From: Ylistrum balloti
Lineage: Eukaryota
Direction: 5' to 3'
NCBI RefSeq assembly: GCF_031769215.1
Contig: NW_026782264.1
Coordinates: 434,001-498,000 of the forward strand
Length of the DNA stretch: 64,000 nt
Shown: positions 1 through 12,400 of the stretch, one piece after another
Numbering within the stretch: the first letter of the stretch is position 1
Layout: each line of letters begins with the position of its first letter
Made by a program: the position numbers and the translations under genes
The notes under the pieces: generated by a model
What the model was told of the DNA's origin: nothing
The model's input: only the letters and a program-made list of their open reading frames with translations
Databases searched by the model: none

Positions 1-1447
1 GCTATGTTTGGTGAAGTGTTTATTTTTGCTTTGTTTGGTGTAGTGTTTATTTTTGTTATGTTTGGTTTAGTGTTTATTTTTGTTATGTTTGGTTTAGTGT
101 TTATTTTTGTTATGTTTGGTTTATTGTTTATTTTTGTTATGTTTGGTTTAGTGTTTATTTTTGTTATGTTTGGTTTAGTGTTTATTTTTGCTTTGTTTAG
201 TGAAGTGTTTATTTTTGCTATGTTTAGTGAAGTGTTTATTTTTGCTATGTTTAGTGAAGTGTTTATTTTTGTTATGTTTGGTTTAGTGTTTATTTTTGTT
301 ATGTTTGGTTTAGTGTTTATTTTTGTTATGTTTGGTTTATTGTTTATTTTTGTTATGTTTGGTTTAGTGTTTATTTTTGTTATGTTTGGTTTAGTGTTTA
401 TTTTTGCTTTGTTTAGTGAAGTGTTTATTTTTGCTATGTTTAGTGAAGTGTTTATTTTTGTTATGTTTGGTGAAGTGTTTATTTTTGTTATGTTTGGTTT
501 AGTGTTTATTTTTGCTTTGTTTAGTGAAGTGTTTATTTTTGCTATGTTTAGTGAAGTGTTTATTTTTGCTATGTTTAGTGAAGTGTTTATTTTTGTTATG
601 TTTGGTTTAGTGTTTATTTTTGTTATGTTTGGTTTAGTGTTTATTTTTGTTATGTTTGGTTTATTGTTTATTTTTGTTATGTTTGGTGTAGTGTTTATTT
701 TTGTTATGTTTGGTTTAGTGTTTATTTTTGCTTTGTTTAGTGAAGTGTTTATTTTTGCTATGTTTAGTGAAGTGTTTATTTTTGTTATGTTTGGTGAAGT
801 GTTTATTTTTGTTATGTTTGGTTTAGTGTTTATTTTTGCTTTGTTTAGTGAAGTGTTTATTTTTGCTATGTTTAGTGAAGTGTTTATTTTTGCTATGTTT
901 AGTGAAGTGTTTATTTTTGTTATGTTTGGTTTAGTGTTTATTTTTGCTATGTTTGGTTTATTGTTTATTTTTGTTATGTTTGGTGAAGTGTTTATTTTTG
1001 TTATGTTTGGTTTAGTGTTTATTTTTGCTTTGTTTAGTGAAGTGTTTATTTTTGCTTTGTTTGGTGAAGTGTTTATTTTTTATATCTTTGGTGAAGTGTT
1101 TATTTTTGTTATGTTTGGTGAAGTGTTTATTTTTGCTATGTTTGGTTTAGTGTTTATTTTTGTTATGTTTGGTTTAGTGTTTATTTTTGTTATGTTTGGT
1201 TTAGTGTTTATTTTTGTTATGTTTGGTGAAGTGTTTATTTTTGCTATGTTTGGTGAAGTGTTTATTTTTGCTTTGTTTGGTGAAGTGTTTATTTTTGCTA
1301 TGTTTGGTTTAGTGTTTATTTTTGCTTTGTTTAGTGAAGTGTTTATTTTTGTTATGTTTGGTGTAGTGTTTATTTTTGTTATGTTTGGTTTAGTGTTTAT
1401 TTTTGTTATGTTTGGTGTAGTGTTTATTTTTGCTATGTTTGGTGTAG
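1..1447. repeat. 27-bp T-rich minisatellite (~53 copies, runs off the window start)
   Basis: Unit TTATGTTTGGTTTAGTGTTTATTTTTG with variants. The 9-aa periodicity of ORFs 4..1476 and 1080..1469 simply reflects this unit. Confidence 0.97.
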
Positions 1448-2774
1448 TCCTTAGCTTCGACAGATGCACAAGTTAGTTTGAACAAAGACTTTAATTTTGG
1501 CCACTACTCAGGACAAACAGATATAAGTAATCAGCGTATGGCACCTGCTGTAGTGTTAATTATCTTACAATGACGGGGTACGATACCAGGAAACAGAGTG
1601 CCGCGCTGATTAACAAAACAAACTGGTATTGTAGTATAGTCCTAATTATATTATCAGTGTCATGGATTCGATGTTGCCTGAGAAGAATCCCGTGTTCATG
1701 TCCGTGTCAAATGTATGCCTTCATCAGACCTAATAACCGATAACTCCAACATGAAACCTTCACATTAACTTAAAGACGAACTTTTAATTACTACAGAGAA
1801 AGGTCAAACACATCCTCCTGTTATTATAAATCACATGATCAGGGCTTAGAAGTATCCATAATTATGTTAAGGATATGTGTCAATGAGGGTGCTAGAATTC
1901 CCAAATCATATATAATTATCAGCTTATTCTCTCACACGTGAATCACCAGGGGAATATATATCCTGTGTAAATTTACAACATCAATGTAGACTACCAGATA
2001 GGTAACATGCCATATTTGGTGTTCAATTATGTCTGATGCAAATATTACAAGACATGCTACATGTTAGCCGCGTCTGTCGTTCCCAATAAAATGTACTGGG
2101 TTGTAGGTAATGCCCATAATCGTATTTGATTTAAGGGTATTCAGATGTTCTATCCTCTAAACATACATAAAGTACATGTAAGCCGTGAAGAGAGCAGCAT
2201 TGCATTAAGGTATCTATGTATCGTATCAAATTAAGCGATCACACCAAAGACATACAGCGGAATACAATTAAATGCTGTACACTTTAATGCAAAGTTTTAC
2301 AATAAGTGCAAATAATGGTTTAAACTACATTATAAAGCTGATTCGTCCCTACAGGATTTGTCAGTGATGTTACACGAGGAGCTGCCCGATTACAATAAGA
2401 TCTACACGACATCAATATCCAGATCAAAGTGGGAAGACACAGAGGCCCTAAAATTCAATGATTTTCATATGACTTTCCAAAACTGCATAACTTCGAACGT
2501 ATGTCAAAAAACCTATGTATGGACATATTCCAAACCACATCACTAATCTAATTAATACAATTTCAAAAATTAAAGTTGGAATTTATCAAGACAGAATATA
2601 AAGAACATAAAACAGGAACATACTGTAACTGTACTTTAAGCTTTAGCTTTGAGACAGCAGGTGGTTGACAATGCTGGTGGACTTTTAGTCCTGGTGGAGT
2701 GCCGTACCTGCATGCCACGTTTTAATTCAATCGAATATTGGTACGGTTCAGAATATACACATGGTCTTTTCTGG

Positions 2775-2975
2775 TATATGAAATAACGAAATGTATTTAA
2801 TCATAGGACTCCTGCACCACCCTGTCTAAATTTTTACTTTTCTTTTGATCTTCAGTCGCCTCCTAAGCTTCAACTTTTAAAGCACTTCGCATCACTGACG
2901 AGTCGTAGAAGTTCGAAACTACGGTATGATACAGTTTAATTCATTATTTGGCTATATGCTGTATCTAAGTCTAAA
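2775..2975 (+). mobile_element. ~200-bp hammerhead-bearing dispersed element (PLE pLTR- or retrozyme-like), degenerate copy
   Basis: GCATCA-CTGACGA-GTCG-TAGAA-GTTC-GAAA-CTACGG-TA-TGAT at 2889-2930. The upstream flank (TATGAAATAACGAAAT...AATTTTTACTTTTC) aligns with the reverse complement of 30378-30495. The downstream TATCTAAGTCTA matches the TATCTAACTCTA terminus of other copies. Confidence 0.8.
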
Positions 2976-3029
2976 TGTACGTCTTTTGTACAATCTTTAA
3001 CACTACAGAGATAAAGAAAGGCAGAAACC

Positions 3030-3490
3030 AAGAGGGAAATCAGGGATATCTGTTTACTAAACACGGGCATGACAGGCTACGTATCCTGTTATTTATGGTG
3101 TTTCAGGTAAGCATGGTAATGATCAAAGTAAAGCTTTATGGTCGTCATCGTTATATCATTTAACCATATTCTATTTCTTTGTGTGATGTGAAGCTGGACA
3201 TGTTAGATGCTTGTTAGGTTGCCTGTTGGTTCCGTTGTTGTATACAGTGTTCTCATTTGAGAACGTGTCATTACTTACTTGGGTTAATCAAACTTTACAT
3301 AGCGGTTGTCGTTGACAAAGTAGAAAACGTTTACTCATCCGAAACACCTGGTCTTATTCTTCTTGTTCAATTTCGGATTACCTGGTTTTTATCTTCCATG
3401 TACCTTTCAGGAGCATCCGTATTAATTTTTCTTTAATTATTCACGTTTGCCCTAGCTTCATCAAATTTGTGTTTCAATTCAGATTATTGT
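3030..3490 (+). mobile_element. Naiad-type Penelope-like element 3' relic (RT C-terminus plus 3'UTR)
   Basis: Translates NQGY...KLYGRH (PLE RT-terminal KFYGRH motif). It is followed by the family 3'UTR: GTTCTCATTTGAGAAC, CATTACTTACTTGG, TTACTCATCCGAAACACCTGGTCTTATT. Confidence 0.7.
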
Positions 3491-3869
3491 AATCGGTCTT
3501 CATGTCCCCTACTCTTTCGGTTTTTTTAAACTGAGCGGCACGTATGTGTAAAAATGGAAACTTTTCCCGGTGCCTCTGTTTGTGAGAATTTAGATATTTA
3601 ACATTCCTCTTACTTACCCATGACACATATTCTTTTTGGTTGATTTTTGTCTTTCCTTTCCTATTCAACCTCTGTCTCTTGTTTTGAGTCACATTGCCCA
3701 AAGTTGGCTGTTGTATAAATTCATCCTTATTTGTTTTTGTTTCATTTCTTTCCCTGCAGGAAGGGTAAGAACCATAATTGCTGCACCTATTACGTGATGG
3801 TAGTGTCGACTGAATAAGGAATCTGATATTAACAACTGTGATTTATCCTTATGTCTCTCTTGATGCTGC

Positions 3870-4190
3870 CGTACGTTTGGCCTTTCAGTTGAGCGTTCGT
3901 CCCTGCGAGGAAGCTTTGGGTTCTGTCCTCTGGCCGAGATATGTCAGAACTTTAAAACGGTTGGATTGCCTGTTGTCATTATAATGTCACCCAGTTGCCT
4001 CCGACACTGTACTGCAGTGTGGTAGTTCTATGAAGGCAACTTAATTTCCGCACGACCATTCCGTGGTTCACATGATCATATATCACATGAAATTTATCAC
4101 AGCCTCGCTCAACATATGGGCATCTTATACAACAGAGCTCATGCCTTAAAAAAGACCATAGATGTTGGTAGGACAATTCCAAATTAGATG
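3870..4190 (+). mobile_element. Degenerate tRNA-derived SINE (Meta-type central domain suspected)
   Basis: A-box-like TGGCCTTTCAGTTGAGCG (3878) and B-box-like GGGTTCTGTCC (3918), followed by GTTGTCATTATAATGTCACC and ACTGCAGTGTGGTAGTTCTAT. These resemble bivalve SINE bodies recalled from memory. Confidence 0.55.
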
Positions 4191-5885
4191 ATGTTGTATT
4201 TTCTTTTATACTTTAAGTCAAACATTTCTTTGTAAACATGCGAACAATACCAAATAGTCCTTTTAAAACTAAAACAATAATGTATCACATACCGAACAAT
4301 GTAGCATTCACTCTTTGGTATGTTGGTGCTGTTCCCGATTTAAGGTCTGGGTTAAATTTTCGTTCGTATTTTGCTCAGGTTTCTTACAAAATTGAATTTG
4401 AATTAAGATACTGTTGACGAGTCGGTATTTTCTGGGTTTGTCTCACCGTTCTGCATAATGCTTTCTCCTGGTACGTTACTGTTTTTGTATTGTTGTATAT
4501 ATGGTTAATACATTGTGTCACATAGACAATGTGGTGTATTTTGTTCCTGTAAAGTCGGGTATAAATTGATCTCGAAGAATAATGTTAACATTTTATACTA
4601 GTTATATAAATGATGTTATTAACTTGATTTGTATTTTATAATCTTTCGCAGCGATCAAAGTTCACATTGTCATTTAACAATTTTACTAAAAAGTAACACA
4701 TATGATTTGTTCATAGCCATATTTATAACAATATGACATGAATAGCCGAATTAAGAAAAATCATAATAGTTTGTATCTCAAAATGTTGATTCGATCAACG
4801 CTATTTTCCTTCAGTTCAAGTATGCATATTAAAACGCTATGGATGACTGATCCTACAGCATAATACAGAACCAGTTTCTATTGATGGCACGCAATTCTCA
4901 GTCCATGAGGACAGATGCTGTATCTAAAGTCATGTTAAGAGAAAAATTGCATGACTCTAACAGTTCATCACGTTACGTAATTTGATTGCTGCATCAGCGT
5001 GGTGTTCATCGATGCTCTCTGATACGATGGGGTGTGGGGAGGCCATGTTTTCCCTAGATGTGATGGTCTTTTCAGTTTGACAATATTAATTACTTATAAC
5101 TGTAGGAATCATTGTACAGCTGCTAAAATGCACTGATTGGTATGCAACACCATCTCAGTTTTTAATATTTTGGGAATGCATGCATTTTACTTCCAGGAAC
5201 AATAAAGACTTTTTAATGCTCCAACGAACAATTGTCATCATCCTTCACACGCTATTCTGAGGTTTTGATTTATCGGTTTTTCATGGCATTTTTAAGGCCC
5301 CTACATTGAATGAAGACTTCTCCTTACAATAAATACTCGATTGAAATTAAACTTTTGTAATATAAATTATGGTGCCTACGTTTTCTCAGAAAAGGACGTT
5401 AGTCGTAACGTTAAAATAAGCAAACCATTGTCTTTCTAACTTTATCCCTGTTACACAGGACATACGAAGTGAACATATCACGATATTAAAGTAAAGAAAA
5501 AACCGTTCTCTGCTCCCATTTAGCAGAATCGTGAATCAAACTTAAGGTCAACGGAACGTGGACAAAACATTAATAAAGTAAACATTGACACAGAAAGCTT
5601 TAACAAATATACAAAGAGAATAAGTCTTGATTTTAAACAAAGGGAAAACGTTTCATGCTTCATTGACGATATATGCCAAGCAAATCGAGGTAATTAAACT
5701 CAGTTGCTTTATTAAATGAGAACAAGGTCGACAACAAAACCAGCCATGTTGTCGGGAAGCGGATGCATCTGATATCAAATCACATGGGATAATTCACAAT
5801 GAGGTCCTGTTGGCAACCATTAATCTTTCCCACAGGCTTCGTCAACGTGAGTGTTTAAGGGTTTACCAAAGTTATGATGACAAAT

Positions 5886-6333
5886 GTTTGAGCTCACCTC
5901 GTCCTTTGGTGTAAAGGAATCAATTGTTAACAATCCTTCTTCTTCTATAGTAAATTTTTAATTTTAATTTTGTCCCTATTCGGACTGAAGCATGCTTGGG
6001 TAGGAGGAGTCAGTTTGGTGTAAATGGTGGATTTCGTTCCTGTAGGACAGGAAGGATTGAGTCCAAGATGAAACAGATGGGCAAAATCGTTAAAAATATT
6101 ATTATGTACTTTAGGAATGCCTGTATTCTGTCCCAATTTGGTCTGAGACATACTTGGATAAATGAAATCAATTTTGTTTGAACTATGGATTCTGGCCTCT
6201 TAGGACTTCTTTTGAAGAGGGGCGAGCCTATTATAAGGAAATATATACAAATGTTTTGAATACTTTTCCTTTAAATAATCAATTTCAGCAAATTAGATCA
6301 GGTGAGCGCTACTGGCCCAATAGGCCTCTTGTT
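5886..6333 (+). mobile_element. Helentron-associated non-autonomous element (HINE/DINE-like)
   Basis: Subterminal inverted repeats GCTCACCT (5892-5899) and AGGTGAGC (6300-6307). A 5' short hairpin CCTTT-GGTGT-AAAGG and a 3' hairpin GGCC-CAATA-GGCC followed by TCTTGTTT. T-rich flanks. Confidence 0.6.
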
Positions 6334-7844
6334 TGATATGTAATTCCTTCATTACGGGCCTGGTTAAAAGCAGTACATTTTCAAGACATTTGTTCAATGA
6401 TATTCTACGTCTTTCATTTTTAATATCCGTGTACTGTGTTTTATAGCCGTCGACATCCGCTTGTTTCTGTCTCATTATCCACATAACTCTAAATTAGGAC
6501 AGAGAAATCATAAAACACATCTTTAAAGACAACAACCTGACACATGTATAAGATATCTGATAATGTTATTGATATTTAAACACCAATAATCCTAATATTT
6601 AACAAACAAAATATATTACCTCAAGGTTTACATTGTCTGAGTCATTCCCAGATGATTCAAATAAACCTTTGGGATTATGTCTCGTAGACGATAGTTATGT
6701 TTTCTCTGCTGCGTTGTTCTCTGAGTGTCATTTTGTCCCTCTAGTCATTTGTGTGTAAACATTATTATATCGATCTGAACAGGAACCCTCGTTGTGTCAC
6801 AGGTTTAGGATGCACAATGAAATCGAACAGGCTTCAGGGACACAGGGGGGCAATTTTAATTCTGAAAATCGAATTTGCATTTAAACGCCACATTCAAAGT
6901 AGATTTATGTAAAATAATCTGAAACACGACTGGGCAGTGAGAGATATTCAATCGGTATCAAGTGTATTGGTGTATTTAACCGCCATGGAAATACCTTTGT
7001 TCAGAACTATGAATATTTTACCCGCAATAGAATAAAGGACTTCCAAATTTGAATCAAGTGCTATATTGTAATACAATAAATAACACAAGTGCAAATTGTC
7101 GAGGTGCTGTAAAGCGTACGTGGACAAGGTTACAAAGGACATAAGTTAAATGAAGTTTCATAAAGCCAATCATTTGCAAATTTCTTTCGTTGAAAAATCT
7201 GCCACCAATCATAATTCTATTGGGTACAATGTTGTACGAAGTCTAAATTTAGAAATTAATTACTGTTGTAGTTTTACATTCGTATGTTTATATCACCAGA
7301 GTCTTCATTGCACACTGTATAGAGGAAAGATATGAAACGGTCATATGTCGTATGTTGATTTAGTGTAAAAGTACAAATGACAGAACATTAAAACACAATA
7401 ATGAGCATAAAATAATGAGTATATAGAATGATTCCATGTCACAGACAATGGAAACTTTTAGCTTTCAAATCATATTTCTGCATTAATTGATGTTTTAATT
7501 AATAAGTCAAGCAGTCACACAGGATTATCAAATGTGTCACACAGGTTTTACTCACCTATTCACGTCTGTAAAAGTAATACTATATATGCAATATAGTTTT
7601 AATGTATAATTTGATTATTTAACACTCATGGTGAAACTGTTCCTTTGTGATCTTGGGTAAATTATTCAGTAATGTTGTCATGGTAAAGCGTTCGTGAAAG
7701 GCATTGCTATACATTTTATTGTCAGTATTGTGCGATGTTAGAGGGACTGTAAGACCAATGTATCAAAAATCAAGTAACATATATGAAATAATGTACAAAA
7801 GAAACACAATAGATTACACCATTAACTTGTATATTAAATATATT

Positions 7845-7990
7845 TAGAGTTGGATAAAGTAGAGTCCACCCGTCGTACAGCTGTTTCGTGTTTCTATTAC
7901 TCGTCATTGATGCGACGAGCCTTAATTTTAGAGCCTTGGGGTGACGGAGGAAATTTCAAAATCTCGACGGGGAGTTGCACTAGTCCTATA
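7845..7990 (-). mobile_element. Degenerate copy of the hammerhead-bearing element
   Basis: Minus strand reads GCATCA-ATGACGA-GTAA-TAGAA-ACAC-GAAA-CAGCTG-TA-CGACG (7871-7913). Flanks are homologous to the other copies (CTCCCCGTC...CCAAGGCTC; TATCCAACTCTA). Core C3 is mutated and stem II is broken. Confidence 0.75.
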
Positions 7991-10900
7991 GATAAATCGC
8001 AAATATATAATTCTGATTAAGTTCTTGATTTTACTGCAGTGATAAACCATGTAAATGCGTTTACACATTGTAGATAGGTACATGTTTACGCTGATCTACC
8101 GAGGTCAGGATCCCACAGAGTATGCCAGGTCTAGAACAGATCCAGAATCTGATGTGTGAAACAATAATAATAATATAAAATAACTAGATCGGCGACGACA
8201 TGACGATCAATATAACTATATAAGTCATAACACAAAATAGATATCTTTGATTGCTTATAGGGGAGGGTGTGGCTTGACAACGAATGATTGTCGTGGTCGC
8301 TGATTGCTCTGATACATGATATGGTTTATAGCAGGAAACAGTTAATTTGCATTTGTTTGCTTATAAAAAGTACATCATTATATGTATATATATTTATAAA
8401 TTACATAACAATTACATTAATAGTAGAGAGATAAATATTGCGTAAATAAAAAAACACTCTGATTTCTGATATGTGATTACCAAGGTAACCAACTCAAAAA
8501 ATGGTAAAAATGAAAAAAAAACCTTCTAATTCCAACTTAACACTTCAACTTAATAGAAGAAATTCATCTTTGAACATCTGTCTTAAAATCAACAATAATG
8601 TCAGGGTAACAAACTACTTACATTTTAGCAAATTCCAACAAGGAAAGCCCTTACAACATGGCCACGTGTAAACACTATGGAAATTTCACTTCCTGTAAAG
8701 CTAGTTTTTGTTGTGCAGACACAGATTCGAGACTGCCCAAATAGTAATCTCCTACACAAAGCTAAAATATTATTCTGAAAAATGAAACCCCACATTGTCC
8801 ACTTCAATATGACAATACCAATTTTAGAAAGGATTTTTATTTTTAAAATTTTGATTAAAATCTTAATAATAGGGTAATCTAATGAACAAAAATATCACCC
8901 ATTGCCACACCGAGAAACTGTGTACTGCTACCAAAGGATCTGCCACAAGGTTCCATTCATTTGACCGCGTCTAAAAATTCCTAATCATCTTATTTAGACG
9001 CTTAATGAGATCAAATTGAAAATCCGTGGCAAGATTCATCAATATTGTGTGGCTTTAAAACGGATGCAGCATTCTTTATATAACACGGCTTGAATCCTTT
9101 TGTACACCTTGGTATACATGTTTTGTTTAGACTGATCTCCAACCTATATTAAATTTTACTCTTCATGTATCACTCTTTTTAGCGACGTGTTAATGTATAT
9201 GATACTATCAAGTTACTCGTAAAACGCTTCAATGGAAACAATGACAACCTTCAATAAATGTCAAAAAAAAAAAAAAAAAAGAGGGAAACTTACTCCAAAT
9301 TGAACCATTGTTTAAAATACAATACTCCTCTGAGATATACTTCGGAATGGAAAACTTTGTTTCTCTTATTTATTGTTTCAAATAAATAACTTGAAAATTA
9401 TTGAATGGTAACAATGTACAATGGAGTAACACAACCCCGATTACAAATTAATTCCTACCACAATGAATTCTACAAGTTAGGGACGACATCTTATTCGTGG
9501 TTTCCAGTCGTAAATTTCCACACAAACAAGTACTCGCTACATATTATCGACTAACGTCCACAATTCAATTAGCACACTCTAATTTTCGTAAAAACCTAAA
9601 ACTTGTAAAAACTCGCAATAGCAATTAAATGGAAATTGAATGACTGGATCCATATGCTGCTGTAGGATTATCACTTAGATTTATTGTTTTCTAAAAGTGT
9701 TCGCCTCCTCCTTAGAGAGAGTTTATCGCGGTTGGGTTTGTGTCGTTTGTGAAGACGAATAGTAGAGACATTACAGTGCCTCTAGGCGTCTAAATGGGAC
9801 GGTACTTTGGATAGAAAACTATTTGTTCTAAATGATTTATTACTATCTTAATATCTATACAATAAAAGTAGGTCATCGGAACAGATTAGGAAGATTTGAA
9901 AAGATTACTGATGTCGGAAATGGCTGACATTAGAAATGTACATGTATCAGTGTAATTACATTCTTTTCAAAAAACAAGTTAAAAAGTTATGGTTTCCAGT
10001 AATACATGTTTCACCAAATAACAGAACCAAAGAATACAGTAATTTTGTGGTAAGCAGCATTGATCTAATCTATGCTGTGTACCCAAAGTTATTGGACGAT
10101 ATCTTGTAAAACGATCAATAATATTCTAAGGGTTTCCAATTAACGATGCAGGCGATGATTGATTGGTCATTAGAATAACATTGAAAATATAAAATTTCGT
10201 TAACTGTAATGATCTGATGACAAGCTATAACGTCCGTCTGAAACTGTTCATTATTCCATATGTATTTGTGCAATATATCCTGTCTTTTTCTGAACTCATA
10301 AAATACTCAGAAACCATCCCAATTACCATCAGCGTAAGTTAGAGAAGAATATTTTTATTTTGATATGTTCTTTATTAATTACTTGTGGTTAATATAATTA
10401 AGATGTTTAACACTAACTTTGATACAAATGTATAGGTAACCCGATTTTGTCTGCTGCAATATACGGCGCTATGCAAGTCCCAATTATTCAATCGATCATT
10501 AAAAGTGTTGTGAAAAAATCATTCCACGCGTTTTGATTGGCTGACATGATGACATTGACCAGGAGAATTTTCGACCTGATCATGTCAACCGCTAACATAG
10601 ACCAACTGACAAACATTTGAATTCATTTCGATCTCTATTTGGATCACCGACTGATGGTTGCACATTTAACACGATCATTAACACTGTTCCTTCAGTATAT
10701 ATATAAAAACCCGTGGGTTATTTACTCAAGTGACAAAGAATTGCTGACGTATGAACCGTGAAGGAATCGACAATTTGTCGGAAAGAGCGGATAATGCACG
10801 CGCAGAAATTAAAACTTGTTTAGCAATTGCCTTCGTAAGAATTCAATTTTAAGATGGATTTATATGAATTAATTATTAAGAAGATAATAAACTCACTAAT

Positions 10901-11381
10901 CACTTGTTATGGTTTGTAACAAATTATTACATTTCCAAATATATTTATGGGACTGTCAGTTTTGCATACTTAGTAGTAGTATTCACTATAGGTCATTTCA
11001 TTAAGCTTCACCTGATATCAGAAATAAAACACACTCGGATTATGTCAGCCACTCCAACCTGGTTATATTTTTTAGCACCCCAGTCTGATTATTTCCGTAT
11101 CGTAACATATACCATGACGATGTACAGAGTAAAATGATGGATCCACTAAAGTGACCAGCACCTGTAACTGAATTTATATACCAGAAATTGTAAGGCTGTT
11201 TCTGGACGTCATGGTTTTGACTCAATAGTTGGTCCCATCTAGTAAAGACGCACTACCTGTTTCTCAGTTTATCGATCCACTTCGACAGTTTTCTTGTGTT
11301 TGTTGCTGGCAGTAGCAGTAAATTGTGCTTAAACATTGCCGCAACAACTAATTGGGTAATTGTCCTAATTGTTACATTCAT

Positions 11382-11630
11382 CTCAAGCAAGAAGATGTTG
11401 ATAAACAGAAAATGCCCATATACCTCTGCGTTAGTGGTTCTTGTGTCTTAGATCTCCAGCAGGTAGATGTTGATAAACAGAAAGTGCTCATATACCTCTG
11501 TGTTAGTGGTTCTTGTGTCTCAGATCTCAAACAAGTAGATGTTGATAAACAGAAAGTGCCGATATACCTCTATGTTAATGGTTCTTGTGTGTCAGTACAA
11601 ATATCAACAACAAAAAAGTACCGATATACC
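11382..11630. repeat. 72-bp tandem repeat, ~3.4 copies
   Basis: The block GATGTTGATAAACAGAAAGTG...ATATACCTCTG.GTTAGTGGTTCTTGTGTC repeats with a 24-codon period. It lies just downstream of the minus-strand RT relic. Confidence 0.9.
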
Positions 11631-11639
11631 AGCAGAATC

Positions 11640-12400
11640 CTAGTTTAGATACAATGTCAATGAAACTATGACCGTAATTTTTTCCGTAATCTTCAACCTG
11701 TATCTCTTGAAACCCTGTGTTTTGAGTTTTTCTGTTAGTTGTCAACATCTTGCACAGTAATTATAATACTAGAAACAAGCCTAGAATACCGCCATGGTTT
11801 GGTATTGCACGTATCTGATTATCTAGAAAGGGAAAATGAAATCAATATATTATTCTGACAGCTTGTAACGTGAAGTTGAAAGATTTCACAAGATGTTTGT
11901 GACGTGAAATTGAAAGATTTCACAAGATGTTTGTGACCTACATGTTGATGAGCTTGTAACGTGAACTTGAAAGATTTCACAAGATGTTTGTGACCTACAT
12001 GTTGATGAGCTTGTAACGTGAAATTGAAAGATTTCACAAGATGTTTGTGACCTACATGTTGATGAGCTTGTAACGTGAAATTGAAAGATTTCACAGTTTG
12101 TGACCTACATGTTGATGAGCTTGTAACGTGAACTTGAAAGATTTCACAAGATGTTTGTGACCTACATGTTGATGAGCTTGTAACGTGAAATTGAAAGATT
12201 TCACAAGATGTTTGTGACCTACATTTTGATGAGCTTGTAACGTGAAGTTGAAGGATTTCACAAGATGTTTGTGACCTACATGTTGATGAGCTACCAATTC
12301 AAGCTCGTATGGAAACCTCGATAACTATATCGTCAACCAGGAATTAATTTTTATGACTTCGTCCCTTCTTCCCTGATATAATACATTCAATATATAGTTC
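11640..12400 (-). mobile_element. Decayed Naiad-type PLE RT fragment with an internal satellite expansion
   Basis: Minus-strand frames give FLVDDIVI (cf. FLVDNIFV), KHLVKSFNFT (cf. KKLARSFNFTFRYIDD), FPFLDN, RKLKTQGFKRYRLK and KNYGHSFIDIVSK (cf. KFYGRHHDLV) in the expected order. Frameshifts and deletions are present. Confidence 0.7.
11861..12292. repeat. 57-bp minisatellite, ~7.5 copies
   Basis: Unit GAGCTTGTAACGTGAAATTGAAAGATTTCACAAGATGTTTGTGACCTACATGTTGAT. Confidence 0.97.

Noticed and set aside
4-1476. 490-aa hydrophobic ORF, and the antisense 129-aa KINT/NIT sequon-rich ORF
   Set aside because: Both are translations of a 27-bp satellite that lacks stops by composition. There is no non-repeat domain, and a unit variant breaks the minus frame at 1080.
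11861-12292. UUGAUGA...GAAA hammerhead-like motif on the plus strand of the 57-bp unit
   Set aside because: C3 is absent, stem II and stem I do not pair, and an RT origin on the minus strand explains the unit better.
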